DNA of 64,000 nt, from positions 4,994 through 68,993 of the forward strand of contig JAESUM010000030.1 in NCBI GenBank assembly GCA_016763075.1, written 5' to 3'. The position numbers and the translations under genes are program-made. Source of the stretch: Pseudomonadales bacterium (GTDB lineage Bacteria > Pseudomonadota > Gammaproteobacteria > Pseudomonadales > JAHRWD01). Positions 47,401-58,056 of this stretch are shown here, one piece after another (the stretch's first letter is position 1; every line of letters starts with the position of its first letter). The notes under the pieces were generated by a model. It saw only the letters and a list, made by a program, of their open reading frames with translations. It did not search any database and had not been told where the DNA came from.

Positions 47401-47974
47401 ATAACTGCTCGATTTCATCGGAGCTTTGGGGCTCATATATGTTGTAGTTAAGGCCCTCGAAATCGGCGTAACATGCAACCACATCTTGTGGCTGTTTCAA
47501 ATATACCGCGATAGATTGACTTAGTTCATGATTCAAATTGAAGGCATTGAGCCGCTGCAGCTTGTTCAGCGCTTGGCTAGATTTGACGCTGTTGAAGTTC
47601 TTAAAAGAGCGCTGTATCTCATGGCTCAAATTGTCTAGCTTTAAGGTGAACTCACGTACTTGAACGGCAGTATTATTGACCTCAGCATAGGCAATGGCCA
47701 TCTCGACTTGTTTTAGGTGTTTGCCAAGTTGAACAATGCTGGCATAGAGCGCCGGGTGGTCCATAACAGAAGCGTATTCGGTCATGCGGGCAAGATGGTG
47801 TTTTGTTGGCACGACGTGGCTTTCTAACGCATTTTCGCAATTGAGGTAGGTGGCCCACAAAGCGTGCAGGCTCACCACGGTTTGTGTGATAAAAGAGAAA
47901 AATGTCTGGTGGTGCTGCACCACCTGCTCCTTCAACGAAGCGCTTTGTTCAAGATTAACCGTATGAGCGCTCAT
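44429..47974 (-). CDS. Soluble hybrid sensor histidine kinase (N-terminal unknown/pseudo-receiver region, PAS repeats, HisKA-HATPase, C-terminal REC)
   Basis: H-box [20 protein letters not shown] boxes ([22 protein letters not shown]) and a C-terminal VLYLEDN receiver. No TM segments. Confidence 0.85.
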   Translation of the reverse strand: MSAHTVNLEQSASLKEQVVQHHQTFFSFITQTVVSLHALWATYLNCENALESHVVPTKHHLARMTEYASVMDHPALYASIVQLGKHLKQVEMAIAYAEVNNTAVQVREFTLKLDNLSHEIQRSFKNFNSVKSSQALNKLQRLNAFNLNHELSQSIAVYLKQPQDVVACYADFEGLNYNIYEPQSSDEIEQLYVTNGPMVLITDEHVLTEPATREVINSLKGKYGERLRLIIIADTDSFEKEIEAVRIGANQRLTRPLDKIRLVDILKNTSVLRATTFTGLIYNPIPSLADYLKFLFSFIGSTIVTVNEPNQITPRIVECKPTFVIISDTDAHIAAAEIATLIKYNYRNSSICIHVLANTPATQIQPKSIQKNISQRIHGPISPEALVYKVLVKTSELYAATIRQPNFEAELLNALNQHAIVSVTDRSGSIDYANDQFCKISQYDHDELIGSNHRLLNSGFHSKEFFSDLWQTISSGKTWQGLIANQAKDGTQYWVDSTIYPIVSDQGRPYRYISIRTEITDSVRLKQQFEHQRNELQLIFDSAPSMLFFFDLKGVLIKVNQAVSRAFGVPIEEIEGRPLTTFFGSKDAALVASEYTRVMQSGQAEYGITHSIEFENKGRWITADVVPFRGVSGELEGVIAFVSDISDLVESRAAFKLSEQRLQTSQSFGQIGSWDFDVDSGIIHISDAFFDILGIPPSHCGPGLSEEIFAMVHADDQKSYREISQQATEGLHPDGFSFDFRVVKDDGAIVWLSLTANSSRNADGSNIHILGVTRNITAQIHLTQQRDEYEQQLISAKEEAETANRAKSIFLSNMSHELRTPLNAILGFSQLLLMDLPANYDTKLPNYPKEIFGAGQHLLDLINDILDLARIESGKQEFFIEDIDLCAMVSETLGLVNPLISEHSLTTNVFIEGSPHQINRSLPQIWVQADRKKLKQALLNLLSNAIKYNRNAGRIDIQLRTIDAEQIYIGITDTGYGLSEKQQSLLFQPFTRLSDKSNEIEGTGIGLLIAKNMIEQMNGTLGLNSTLGEGCTFWIRLPATKVPLLTKTEVLVAPPLGSKVLYLEDNQSDRNLVTHAFKSRPTETLITTVNPHECVELAIQHQPAFILINPDLANQDGCDLHEALQGNKTTENIPLVSIGSSLAEDSTARAHGFTHRIRKPIDTLELLQMLDKLCALNKECT

Positions 47975-48021
47975 GGTTTTGCTCTTGAGAGTTCGATGGC
48001 CATTAATTGCTGGAGTCGTCG

Positions 48022-51000
48022 TTAAGCATCAAAAACATCCTCTATCGCCTTTATCATTAGCGATAAATCAATTGGTTTGGAGATGTAGTGTTCGAAACCT
48101 GCATTCAATGCCTTATCAATATCCTCTTGCATGGCGTTGGCAGAAACGGCAATGACAGGAATGTCCCGGGTTATGGCATTTTTAGAGAGCCGTTTCTTTA
48201 CCTCAAACCCATCCATGGTGGGTAAATTGATATCCAATAGAATAAGATTCGGCACCTTGCTTTCTGCCAATTTTAGACCAGAAAACGGTTCCTCGGCGGT
48301 GATTAGAGTAATTTCGTTGCTGTATTCTAAGAATCTCTTCATAAGCCGTTGGTTCGCGGCGTTGTCTTCGATGTACAAAATAGTGCGGGCTTGAGCAGAG
48401 GTGCGCTCATCAGTTGTGCCTGTCGAGGGCGAGTCTACATGGGTTTGATTGAGGGCATGCCTAGCAACCGGTAACTCAATCCAAAACGTGCTGCCTTTTT
48501 TAAACTGGCTTTCGAATCCAATGGTACCTTGCATTAGCTCAACGATATTCTTGGTGATGGTGAGTCCAATCCCGGTCCCTTCGATCGAGTTTTTCTGATG
48601 ATCAGGTATAAAACGCTGGAACGGCTCAAACAGGTGTGCTTGTTGTTTTTTAGACAGCCCGCGGCCCGTATCAGCCACACTGATCCGTATTGTGTTGTTA
48701 TCCATGGCCTGACACGTAATGCTGACGGTGCCGTTTGCGCGGTTGTACTTAATAGCATTGCCGATAAGGTTGATCAGCACTTGTTTCGTTAGGGTAGGGT
48801 CAGCGTAGCACAGCGGCTCGGGTGTTTGATCTTGTGGCGGGGTGATAATCTCGACTTCTTTGTCGTTAGAGAGCGGGGCAAGCAAAGAGACGCAATCATC
48901 TACCAATGCGTAGATATCGACTGCTTCGAGTTTGGCTTCGACATTTCCAGATTCTATTTTGGCTAGGTCCAATACCTCGTTGATTAAGGCTAATAAATGA
49001 TTTCCAGCGCTGATGATTTCACCACTGTATTCAGTGATTGCATGCAGATCAGCTTCATCGGCATCGAGCTGAATAAGCTGGCCAAAGCCGAGTATTGCGT
49101 TAAGTGGGGTGCGTAGCTCATGACTCATATTTGACAAAAACCGAGATTTTGCGTGGTTGGCTTTTTCGGCATCTTCGACCGCATTTAATAAGTTTGCCTC
49201 ATGTTTTTGTTCATCAGTAATGTCTTGTATGGTGCAGACAATACCGTGGGCTTCGACGAGCACGTCTAGAAATAACCTTTGATGAAAGGAGCTACCGTCC
49301 TTGCGAAGGCTTTTTGACTCGCCATGCCAATGGCCGGTTTTTTGAAGCGCGGGGAATATTTCGTCAATGTATTGACTATGGTGGTCTTTCGGTACCAACA
49401 TTCGCCAGTCTTTCGTCTCAATTAAAGAGACATCGTCGTACCCATGCAAGGTTGCCCAGGCTGGATTGACGTATCTAAATGTTTCGTCAAGATTCAAGAT
49501 GCTCATGGAGTACATTGAGGCGTCCATCGCACTTTTATGCCGATATAGCTCTATCTCAAGGGATTTTCTTTCGGTGATGTCTTGCCCAAACCCGAGCATG
49601 TTTGTGGCCCTGCCGGTCTCTTTGTCGAGTAATACATCCCCTTTCCCGTGAAGCCAATGCAGGCTCCCGTCCGGCCACAAGATTCGGTACTCAATGTCGT
49701 AAGGCTTGTTCCCTTTGATGCAGGCCTGAATGGCATCCGTAACCATGGCCGCATCTTTTCGGTGGATGGAATCAAAAAACGCTTCGGTTGAATAGTTTTC
49801 CGAAGTGTCGTCATAGCCTAGTAATCTTTTTACGTGTTCAGACCAATAGTCTTCTCCGGTTTCGAGATTGGTGTCCCAGGTTCCAATGTTGGCGTAAGAC
49901 TGGCTGCGGCGTAGTCGCTCTTCGCTTAATTTAATATCAGTGATGTCAGTGCTGGCAGATACATATTGGTACGGAGTGCCTGTGTCATCTATAAAGGGGA
50001 CAATCGTGGTGTTGGTCCAATATTTACTGTTATCTTTGCGTCGGTTGCAAAAGATCCCCGACCAAGTATTCCCAGCCGACAGAGATGCCCACATTTCAGA
50101 GCTCTGAGAAACTGAGCCTTGCTCAGCCTCATGGAGGTCCCTGTGTTGGCCAACCTGCTCATGGCTTTCATAACCGCTGCTTTCACACGCCTTTTGATTG
50201 ACAAAAATTATTTCGCCATCGGTATTGGTGATGACAACAATAGCGTGTTCATCCAATACTTTTTGCCGCGAAGAGCTTTCTCGTAAGGTTGATAGATACG
50301 CGTCTGATATTCGCTTTGAACGGCGCCCTCTCGCGGCGCGAACTCTTATTTCAGCCTTAAATATCTGGGGGTTAGTTAATGGTTTGGTTACAAAGCCATC
50401 GGCCCCGGCATTAAATATGCGGTGTTGTATCGTGGTGTTGGTTTCAACGGATAGAAATACAATTGGAATGTGGTCGTAGCGTGAGTCTTGGCGAATGATT
50501 TGGCTAAGCTCAAGGCCAGATAGCTTGGGCATATGAAGGTCGAGCAGAATCAGGTCTGGTTTGAACTCTTCTAACTTGGATAACCCCTGGTAAGGATCAG
50601 ATAGCGTGTGCGTGAGCATTCCGGCGCTTCGAAGCATCTCGGAATACACATTGAGGATGTCGATATCGTCATCGATCATCAAAATACGAAAAGCAGACCC
50701 ACTGGTGGTTACCAGTAAATCATCAATTGATTGTATGAGCTGAGCTGGGTCAATCGGTTTTGGCATATAACGGCTGGTTGCACAGCGTGTCGCGTGCAGC
50801 CGTTGTTCAATATCATTGCCTTCACCTAAGCCAATAACCGGTGGGTGATGCGTTACGCCGTTCTGTAGTTTGGTGATGAATGCGGTGATTTCATTGCTCT
50901 GGCGTGAATTTACGTCAAACAGGATCAACTTTGGTTTTTTGCATTTACAGGCAGATTCAAACGAGGCAAGGTCGCGGGTGATTTCTACACGGTATTTGAG

Positions 51001-51102
51001 CGGGTCAAGGTGCGCGCGCAATTCAGCGCAGAAGTGTTTGTCATCGCTGATGATATAAAGCAGGTTTGTTGATGCGCTCGCAGCATCCGTGTTTACGGGC
51101 AT
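48022..51102 (-). CDS. Soluble hybrid histidine kinase/response regulator (2 N-terminal REC-like domains, 3 PAS, HisKA-HATPase, C-terminal REC)
   Basis: Contains ILMIDDD...[13 protein letters not shown] segments, the H-box [34 protein letters not shown] and [11 protein letters not shown]...LILLDINLP. Confidence 0.85.
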   Translation of the reverse strand: MPVNTDAASASTNLLYIISDDKHFCAELRAHLDPLKYRVEITRDLASFESACKCKKPKLILFDVNSRQSNEITAFITKLQNGVTHHPPVIGLGEGNDIEQRLHATRCATSRYMPKPIDPAQLIQSIDDLLVTTSGSAFRILMIDDDIDILNVYSEMLRSAGMLTHTLSDPYQGLSKLEEFKPDLILLDLHMPKLSGLELSQIIRQDSRYDHIPIVFLSVETNTTIQHRIFNAGADGFVTKPLTNPQIFKAEIRVRAARGRRSKRISDAYLSTLRESSSRQKVLDEHAIVVITNTDGEIIFVNQKACESSGYESHEQVGQHRDLHEAEQGSVSQSSEMWASLSAGNTWSGIFCNRRKDNSKYWTNTTIVPFIDDTGTPYQYVSASTDITDIKLSEERLRRSQSYANIGTWDTNLETGEDYWSEHVKRLLGYDDTSENYSTEAFFDSIHRKDAAMVTDAIQACIKGNKPYDIEYRILWPDGSLHWLHGKGDVLLDKETGRATNMLGFGQDITERKSLEIELYRHKSAMDASMYSMSILNLDETFRYVNPAWATLHGYDDVSLIETKDWRMLVPKDHHSQYIDEIFPALQKTGHWHGESKSLRKDGSSFHQRLFLDVLVEAHGIVCTIQDITDEQKHEANLLNAVEDAEKANHAKSRFLSNMSHELRTPLNAILGFGQLIQLDADEADLHAITEYSGEIISAGNHLLALINEVLDLAKIESGNVEAKLEAVDIYALVDDCVSLLAPLSNDKEVEIITPPQDQTPEPLCYADPTLTKQVLINLIGNAIKYNRANGTVSITCQAMDNNTIRISVADTGRGLSKKQQAHLFEPFQRFIPDHQKNSIEGTGIGLTITKNIVELMQGTIGFESQFKKGSTFWIELPVARHALNQTHVDSPSTGTTDERTSAQARTILYIEDNAANQRLMKRFLEYSNEITLITAEEPFSGLKLAESKVPNLILLDINLPTMDGFEVKKRLSKNAITRDIPVIAVSANAMQEDIDKALNAGFEHYISKPIDLSLMIKAIEDVFDA

Positions 51103-51465
51103 GATCGATTTCCAGTGTGTCTTAATCTAAGTATTGATGATTCGCTCGCCGACCACTTAAACGCATATACAGCGGAACTCTTTGGCAATGTGTCGGGTCA
51201 ACCTATTCACCTTGTAGTGCTGCATACCGAAAACCGCGCTAGAGGTTAGAACACAGCGACGTTTTACGGACAGCACCGCAAATATTATTTGAGCTAGGCT
51301 ATTAAGCCGAAAGATCCGAGCTATTATTTATAGTTATATTTTGCTTGTTGTTCCGCGTTGCTTTTCTACTAAAGCGTAGAGCAAGTCGGAGCTTATGCAA
51401 TTGCGTCGGCTTGAATAACGGTAGCACAACAGCCGCCAGTCTTATACAACAAGGTACCCATAAAC

Positions 51466-52419
51466 ATGTTGATTAAATCGCGTAACACCCACGATTGCCT
51501 TGAATCCGAAGTCACAGATTATTCGCTGTATATGCAGCGCCGGCGGTTTATCGAAACATCGGCTAAAGGGTTCGGGTTGGCGATGATTGCACCATCATTA
51601 TTATTGTCTGCGTGTAGCGAGGCTTCACCGGGTAGTGATACAACCACCTCAGCAGGCAAACAGGATCAAGAGCTAACACCCTATGAGGATGTCACGACCT
51701 ATAATAATTTTTATGAATTTGGGTTAGGGAAATCAGACCCGGCAAAATACGCCACGAAATTTAACGTGAAACCTTGGACTGTTAAAGTAGAAGGCGCCGT
51801 CGAAAACCCTGGCACTTATGATCTTGAAGACCTGCTCAAAGGCATGCAGCAAGAAGAGCGGATCTACCGGTTACGCTGCGTTGAAGCCTGGTCGATGGTT
51901 ATCCCTTGGTACGGCTTTGCACTGGCAGACTTGATCAAAAAGCTTAAGCCAACCTCTACCGCCAAATATGTTCAATTTGAAACACTGTACGACCCGAAGC
52001 AAATGCCGGGGCAAAGAGGCCGCGCGTTAGACTGGCCATACGTAGAAGGGTTACGGCTCGACGAAGCTATGAACCCATTGGCATTTATGGCAACGGGCTT
52101 ATACGGGAAAGATTTATTGGGGCAAAATGGTGCGCCTTTTCGCTTAGTCGTTCCGTGGAAATACGGCTTTAAGAGCATCAAATCGATTGTTGCAATTCGT
52201 TTTACAGAAACCGAACCCCCCACCAGTTGGAATATTACAAACTCAGGAGAATATGGTTTTTACGCCAACGTGAACCCTAAAGTAAACCACCCACGCTGGA
52301 GTCAGCGAAAAGAACGACGTATCGGTGAATTTCGTAAACGCCCAACGTTGCTTTTTAATGGTTACGGCGATGAAGTGGCGAGCCTATACCAAGGTATGGA
52401 TTTAAAACGTTACTTCTAA
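51466..52419 (+). CDS. msrP: Protein-methionine-sulfoxide reductase catalytic subunit MsrP (YedY)
   Basis: Tat-type RRRF signal. [34 protein letters not shown] and the C-terminal [17 protein letters not shown] are collinear with E. coli MsrP as I recall it. Confidence 0.9.
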   Translation: MLIKSRNTHDCLESEVTDYSLYMQRRRFIETSAKGFGLAMIAPSLLLSACSEASPGSDTTTSAGKQDQELTPYEDVTTYNNFYEFGLGKSDPAKYATKFNVKPWTVKVEGAVENPGTYDLEDLLKGMQQEERIYRLRCVEAWSMVIPWYGFALADLIKKLKPTSTAKYVQFETLYDPKQMPGQRGRALDWPYVEGLRLDEAMNPLAFMATGLYGKDLLGQNGAPFRLVVPWKYGFKSIKSIVAIRFTETEPPTSWNITNSGEYGFYANVNPKVNHPRWSQRKERRIGEFRKRPTLLFNGYGDEVASLYQGMDLKRYF

Positions 52420-52432
52420 TTAGCGCAATTCA

Positions 52433-53056
52433 ATGCCTGCATTTTTTGTTAAACATATTAAACCCATCTGCTTTACGCTCTGTAGCCTACCGCTGGCCTA
52501 TTTGGCTATGCTGTTTTTTACGGATCAACTAGGCGCCAATCCAATAGAACGTATTACTCGTTACAGCGGTACGTGGGCTTTACGGATGACCTTAATTACG
52601 CTTATGGCAACGCCATTGCAGCGAGCACTTGGAGCCGTTTGGCCCTTTCGTATAAGGCGTATGTTGGGTTTATTTGGTTTCTTTTACGTAACACTTCACC
52701 TTGCCAATTATATCGTTTTAGATCAGTTTTTTGACGGGTACGAAATCTATTTCGATTTGGTAGAACGACCTTTCATTATGGCGGGCATGGCAGCATTTTT
52801 GTTGCTCATACCCTTAGCAGTAACCTCAACAAAGAAAATGATGCGGCGCTTAGGTAAACGTTGGAAACAACTGCACCGTGCGGTGTATTTGATTGCTGCA
52901 TTAGGAGTGCTGCATTATTTTCTTTTAATAAAACTAGGGTGGTTTGAACCGGCTATTTATCTTTTAGTTTATTTAGCACTCATGCTCATGCGTATGCCCA
53001 TTCGGGAAACGCTATCGAAAATTTTCAAACCACGGCAAGTTACTGATCCGCGCTAA
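52433..53056 (+). CDS. msrQ: MsrQ (YedZ) heme-binding membrane subunit
   Basis: Six-TM ferric-reductase-like protein with conserved His residues (LHLANY, VLHY), immediately after msrP. Confidence 0.85.
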   Translation: MPAFFVKHIKPICFTLCSLPLAYLAMLFFTDQLGANPIERITRYSGTWALRMTLITLMATPLQRALGAVWPFRIRRMLGLFGFFYVTLHLANYIVLDQFFDGYEIYFDLVERPFIMAGMAAFLLLIPLAVTSTKKMMRRLGKRWKQLHRAVYLIAALGVLHYFLLIKLGWFEPAIYLLVYLALMLMRMPIRETLSKIFKPRQVTDPR

Positions 53057-53239
53057 GGTTTTTTTATAACTTTATGCTATGCTGCTGCGCGTTTTTTGAA
53101 TTCACGCCGATTTCACGCATATGGTTATCGGTGCTTATTTGTCGCGTGCTAGCCTGCGTACGCAAAGCTACTCACGCTGCCATGGATGGCTCCTATACTT
53201 TTTAAGCCAGCCCGAATTTTTACTTATTACGAGAGCATT

Positions 53240-54373
53240 ATGAATTTTTCTGAAAATCGTCCAAAGACGATTGGCTTTTTTCTGTTGTCAGTCGTTCTAC
53301 TGATACCTGTATTAAATGGTTGCTCGAAAGAAGAAATTGAAGTGCAAGCAGAGCCGATTCGGCCTGTTAGATACTTGGTAGCAATGCCCGATTCAAACGT
53401 TCGACTGTATCGATTCCCCGGCACTGCGCGCACAAAAGTTGAATCTAAACAAAGTTTTAGGGTGCCAGGGCTTGTGACCCAAGTGGCGGTTGATGTGGGT
53501 GATCATATTAAACAAGGGCAGCTCATTGCACAGCTTGAGCAGAACGACTACCAGTTGCGGCTCCAATCAGCCAAGGCTGCGCTCGAACAAGCACAGGCCA
53601 ATGCAGACAATGCACGCCTAACCCGCGATCGAGTCAAAGGTCTTTATGATCAAGGCAATACGTCAATAAGCTCATTAGATGATGCACGTTCAAAAAAGTC
53701 AGCGGTAGATGCAAGCGCAAGAGTCGCGCAAAGCCAGCTTGATCTTGCCCGCAGACAATTAAACTACACGCAGCTACGTTCGCCAGCAGACTGTTTGGTG
53801 GCGCAGCTCAATACCGAGATCAACGAAAACGTCGGTGCAGGCCAAGTATTGGCGGTTCTTAATTGCGGCAAAGCGATTGAGATCACAACAGCAGTACCGG
53901 CGGTACTGATCCAAAAGCTGAATAAATCAGTAGAAGCGAAAGTGCGCTTCACCGCACATGGCGACCAACTGTTCACTGCCAAAGTACATGAAGTAGGAAT
54001 AGCCGCAACGGAATTTGGCGCCATGTATCCGGTGACATTAGCGTTAATTAACCCAACGCCAGCGATACGATCGGGTATGGCTACGCAGGTAATTTTTGAG
54101 CTGCCCGAACCACGCGAAAGTGAGGTATACAGCATGCCTCTTTCCGCAGTCAGTGAAGATAGCAGCGGCCGCTACCTATATCTGGCGGTGCCCAAGCAAA
54201 ACCAAAAAGGCTTTGCTGTGGTACAACGCGCAGATATTTCAGTAGGCCGGTTAAGCGCAGCAACCATTGAAATTACTAATGGATTAAACAGTGGAGACCA
54301 TGTGATTACTGCGGGTATTTCCCGTATACGCGCGGGTCAACTCGTAAAGCTAAAACCCATTTCAGGTAAGTGA
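53240..54373 (+). CDS. RND efflux periplasmic adaptor (membrane fusion protein)
   Basis: Lipobox-like LNGCS and a coiled-coil hairpin (LRLQSAKAALEQAQANADNARL...LDLARRQLNYTQLRSP). 4-nt overlap with the pump gene. Start at internal ATG 53240. Confidence 0.8.
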   Translation: MNFSENRPKTIGFFLLSVVLLIPVLNGCSKEEIEVQAEPIRPVRYLVAMPDSNVRLYRFPGTARTKVESKQSFRVPGLVTQVAVDVGDHIKQGQLIAQLEQNDYQLRLQSAKAALEQAQANADNARLTRDRVKGLYDQGNTSISSLDDARSKKSAVDASARVAQSQLDLARRQLNYTQLRSPADCLVAQLNTEINENVGAGQVLAVLNCGKAIEITTAVPAVLIQKLNKSVEAKVRFTAHGDQLFTAKVHEVGIAATEFGAMYPVTLALINPTPAIRSGMATQVIFELPEPRESEVYSMPLSAVSEDSSGRYLYLAVPKQNQKGFAVVQRADISVGRLSAATIEITNGLNSGDHVITAGISRIRAGQLVKLKPISGK

Positions 54374-57300
54374 CCGTGAGTATTACTGAATACGCCTTAA
54401 AGAATAACCGGGTTACGTTGTTTGCACTGGTGCTTGTTTTGGTTGGTGCGCTGAGTGCATTTTTTGATTTGTCACGCTCTGCTGATCCGCAAATTACCAT
54501 TCGCGTTGCACGTATTGTTACCTTGCTTCCGGGTGCAAGCCCCGAGCGCGTTGAAAAGCTGATTACCGATAAAATTGAGAAAAAACTTCAAGAAATTCCT
54601 GAGCTAGATTTTATAAGCAGTGAATCGAAAGTGGGTACCTCAATTATTATTGTCGCAATTAAAGAAAAATATTTTGATCTGCGGCCAATATGGGATCAGC
54701 TGCGCCGCAAAGTGGATCAAGCGGTTCATACGCTCCCGCCGGGGGTGATAGGTCCGCAAGTGAATGATGAATTTGGCGACGTGTTTGGAATTATTGTCGC
54801 GATTTCAGGCAAGGATTTTAGCTACGCTGAGATAAAAGATATCGCCGACGAAGTGCGCGATGAATTTTTATCGATAGAGGAAGTGGCCAAAGTAGATATT
54901 CTTGGAGCGCAAGAAGAGCGCTTTTTTATTGAGTACGATAACGCCCGATTAGCAGAGATCGGCCTGTCGCCAGCTCAGCTAGCGCAAATTTTGAAAAGCC
55001 GAAACATCATTGACCCTGGTGGTTCAATCTCAACCGGTATGGAACGGATCTCGATAGAGCCCAGCGGGAATTATGAAACCATTGAAGACCTTGGCGATAC
55101 CATCATCGGTATACCGGGTAAGAAACAATTGGTTTATCTGCGAGATATCACCACCATTCGAGCAGGCTACGTTGACCCCGCAGTTTCACGTATGCACGTC
55201 AACGGTGAAGTGGCATTGGGCATTGCGGTTTCAATGGTGCGGGGTGAAAATATTCTGCAATTGGGCGAAAAAAGCCGAGCACTGGTGGCGCGTATACGCG
55301 GCGTATACCCAATAGGCGTTGAGTTTAATATCGTCGCTTTTGAGCCAGAAAAAGTGGAAGAAATGCTTAATGAGTTTTTTCTCAGTCTTGGGCAGGCAAT
55401 TTTAGCGGTAGCAGTGATAGCGTTATTTGCGCTAGGCCTACGAAACGGTTTTATTGTTTCAACCCTTATGCCCATGGCCATTTTGTTGGGTTTTATTGTG
55501 ATGAACCTATTCGATATTGGGTTACACAAAATCTCGATGGCAGCTCTGATGATATCGCTGGGTTTGTTAGTCGATAACGCCGTGGTGATGGTTGAGTCGA
55601 TCGTGGTGCTCACGCGGCAAGGCAAAACTACCGTCAAAGCGGCGATTGAATCGGCAAATGAATTAAAGATTCCGTTGTTAACTTCATCGTTAACGACCTC
55701 TGCGGCGTTTTTGCCACAGTTTTTATCCGAATCGACTTCCGGTGAATTTACCGCGGCGCTATTTCAAGTGGTGACCATCACACTGCTGTGTTCATTTTTG
55801 CTGACACTCACCATGATTCCGCTGCTTTGCGTTATATTTTTGAAAACCAAAGATGCGATGCCACGTTCGTTATCCGACAGTTACAGCAACGGTTTTTACC
55901 GTGGTTACCGTGGCGGCCTTATTTTCGTATTGAAGCATCGCTTTCTCACATTATTCGCATTGATTTCAATCTTCTTAGTGAGCATGCAAGGTTTCTCAAT
56001 TTTGCCAAAGGCATTCTTTCCACAAGCCATGGTGCCATTAATCACAGTAGAAATTGATCTGCCTGTGGGTGCCCCAATAGAACGTACCGAAGCGATGGTC
56101 TCTGATCTTGAGGCGTATATGCTCAAAACGTGGAAAGCAAAAAACCGTGAAGACGGCCGTGGTATTGATAGTTGGGCGAGTTTTATCGGCAGTGGCGGAA
56201 CCCGCTACACCCTTAACTGGACTCCCGAAGCACCCACCCCTGAATACGCCTCGATGATGATCAATACTACAGATTCAGAAATTGTCCCGCAGGTCGTGGC
56301 TGGCATGAATGATTTTATTTTCCAACACTACCCGGATGTCACCGCCGTGGTGTAACGTACCGTTGAAGGCCCGCCGGTCAAATCGCCGGTGGGTGTGCGG
56401 CTCACCGGTAAAGAGATCAATACTCTGTTTGAGATTGCCGATGAGGTTCAGCAAAAACTTGAATCTATGCCAGGAACCAGTGAAGTATCGGAGAATTGGG
56501 GAAGCTGGGCGAAGAAGTTTTATATTCGTATTGACCAAGCCAAAGCGCGCCGCGCAGGTGTCAGCAGTCAAGATATTGCAACCTCGTTACAAGCAGGTTT
56601 GAGCGGTATCAACGTCACTCACTTTCGTGAAGATGTTGACCTTATCCCGGTCACGTTGCGTTCCGTTCAAGCGGGCCGGCCAGGGTTAGATAAGCTTGAA
56701 AATATGCAGGTGTTCTCTCAGTCTCGCGGTACATCAGTGCCTTTAAGTCAGGTTGCTGCAGTAGAAATACGCTGGGAACCAGCGAAGATATTCCGCCGCG
56801 ACCGCTCGCGCGCGGTTACCGTTTCATCTGAATTAAAAGATGGTTTCACCTCAGAGGCTATCTCTGCGGAATTAGCCGATTGGCTGAAAGTACAATCTGA
56901 ACATTGGCCAGCGGGGTACGGTTATGAGGTTACTGGCGCAGCTTATGAATCGGGTAAAGCCAGCGGCGCAATCCAAGCAAAAATGCCCATCGGGGTGATG
57001 GTCATCATCATGTTGTTGGTCTGGCAGTTTAACTCCATTCGTAAACCGCTGATTATTTTGTGTACCATTCCAATGAGTTTAATCGGGGTGGTTTTCGGTT
57101 TGCTGATTATGGACAGCTATTTTGGTATTTTGACCTTTTTAGGCATCATTTCTCTTGCGGGTATCGTGGTGAATAACGCCATTGTATTGCTCGATAGAGT
57201 TAATATTGAAATTACCAGAAATGGTATGCGGCCAGACTTAGCCATTGTGGTGGCGGCCCAGCGTCGTCTGAGGCCCATTTTGGTCACCACCGCAACCACC

Positions 57301-57486
57301 ATTGGTGGGCTATTACCGCTGATGCTGACCGGTTCAATGTTCGACACCATGGCTATCGCGATTGTATTTGGCCTAGCTCTGGCAACAGTGCTTACCTTAG
57401 GGTTCATCCCGCTGCTGTATTCGCTGTTTTATCGGGTCAGCTTTAAAGAGTTTGATTATCAGCAAGCGATATCCGAGTCGTCATAA
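54370..57486 (+). pseudogene. AcrB/HAE-type RND efflux permease interrupted by an in-frame TAA (56353-56355)
   Basis: Track ORFs 54370..56355 (661 aa) and 56389..57486 (365 aa) are in the same frame (offset 2019 nt). Together they add up to a normal ~1030-aa pump. The read-through sequence ...DVTAVV*RTVEGPPVKSPVGVRLTGKE is continuous with the family pattern. No SD precedes the GTG at 56389. Confidence 0.65.
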
Positions 57487-57766
57487 ATCATTTTGGGACG
57501 GACAAAAGCAGCTAAAAAGAAGGTACGGACTAATATTGGTTGATGATGGCTCGGTTATAGCAGATAGCAGATAGCAGTTGAAAGCCATTGATGTAGGCTG
57601 AATTTGGCCGGCCCACGGATTTGAAACCTTGGTTTAGTTTCGCAGCCTGGTCGGCTGCTTCTCAATGAATGCGGCTAAATGGGCGGGAATCTGCGTAATA
57701 GCCAAATTTATATGGATTTATCGGTGGCCATGTGGTGCTTTTATTGCGGTGTCTGCTACGCTAACC

Positions 57767-57785
57767 TATAATGACAATCGTTATC
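57767..57785 (+). promoter_or_regulatory. Fur box overlapping a TATAAT -10 element upstream of feoA
   Basis: TATAATGACAATCGTTATC matches the consensus GATAATGATAATCATTATC at 16 of 19 positions by my count. It lies ~40 nt upstream of the feoA ATG. Confidence 0.65.
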
Positions 57786-57822
57786 ATTACGCAAAGCATT
57801 ACTGCTCTCGAGCGAACCCAAT

Positions 57823-58056
57823 ATGGACCAATTTCAGTTTTTATCAGAAATCCCCTCAGGCCAGCAAGTCATGCTATCTAGCATTGACGATGGTCAGCTT
57901 AGTCGGCGGTTGCTTTGTATGGGCATTCCACCCGGGGTAAAGCTCAAAATTTTGCATAACCGGCATGGTTCTGTAGTGGTTGGCCGTAATGCATTACGTA
58001 TTGCACTAGGCAAGAAGATCGCAAGCCGGATTGGAGTAACCACGTTAAATGCCTAA
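57823..58056 (+). CDS. feoA: Ferrous iron transport protein A
   Basis: 77-aa SH3-like FeoA pattern (LSEIPSGQQVMLSSI...RLLCMGIPPGVKLKI). 8-nt overlap with feoB. Confidence 0.85.
   Translation: MDQFQFLSEIPSGQQVMLSSIDDGQLSRRLLCMGIPPGVKLKILHNRHGSVVVGRNALRIALGKKIASRIGVTTLNA

Noticed and set aside
27637-56355. In-frame TGA (MAPEG) and TAA (RND) as possible programmed recoding or an alternative genetic code.
   Set aside because: Neighbouring genes terminate normally at TGA and TAA, and no SECIS-like context is evident (TAA is never Sec). Nonsense mutation or sequence error is far more parsimonious.
57665-57940. A 91-aa ORF covering the feoA upstream region and overlapping the feoA start.
   Set aside because: It overlaps the Fur box/promoter and the real feoA in another frame, and has no RBS or motif.
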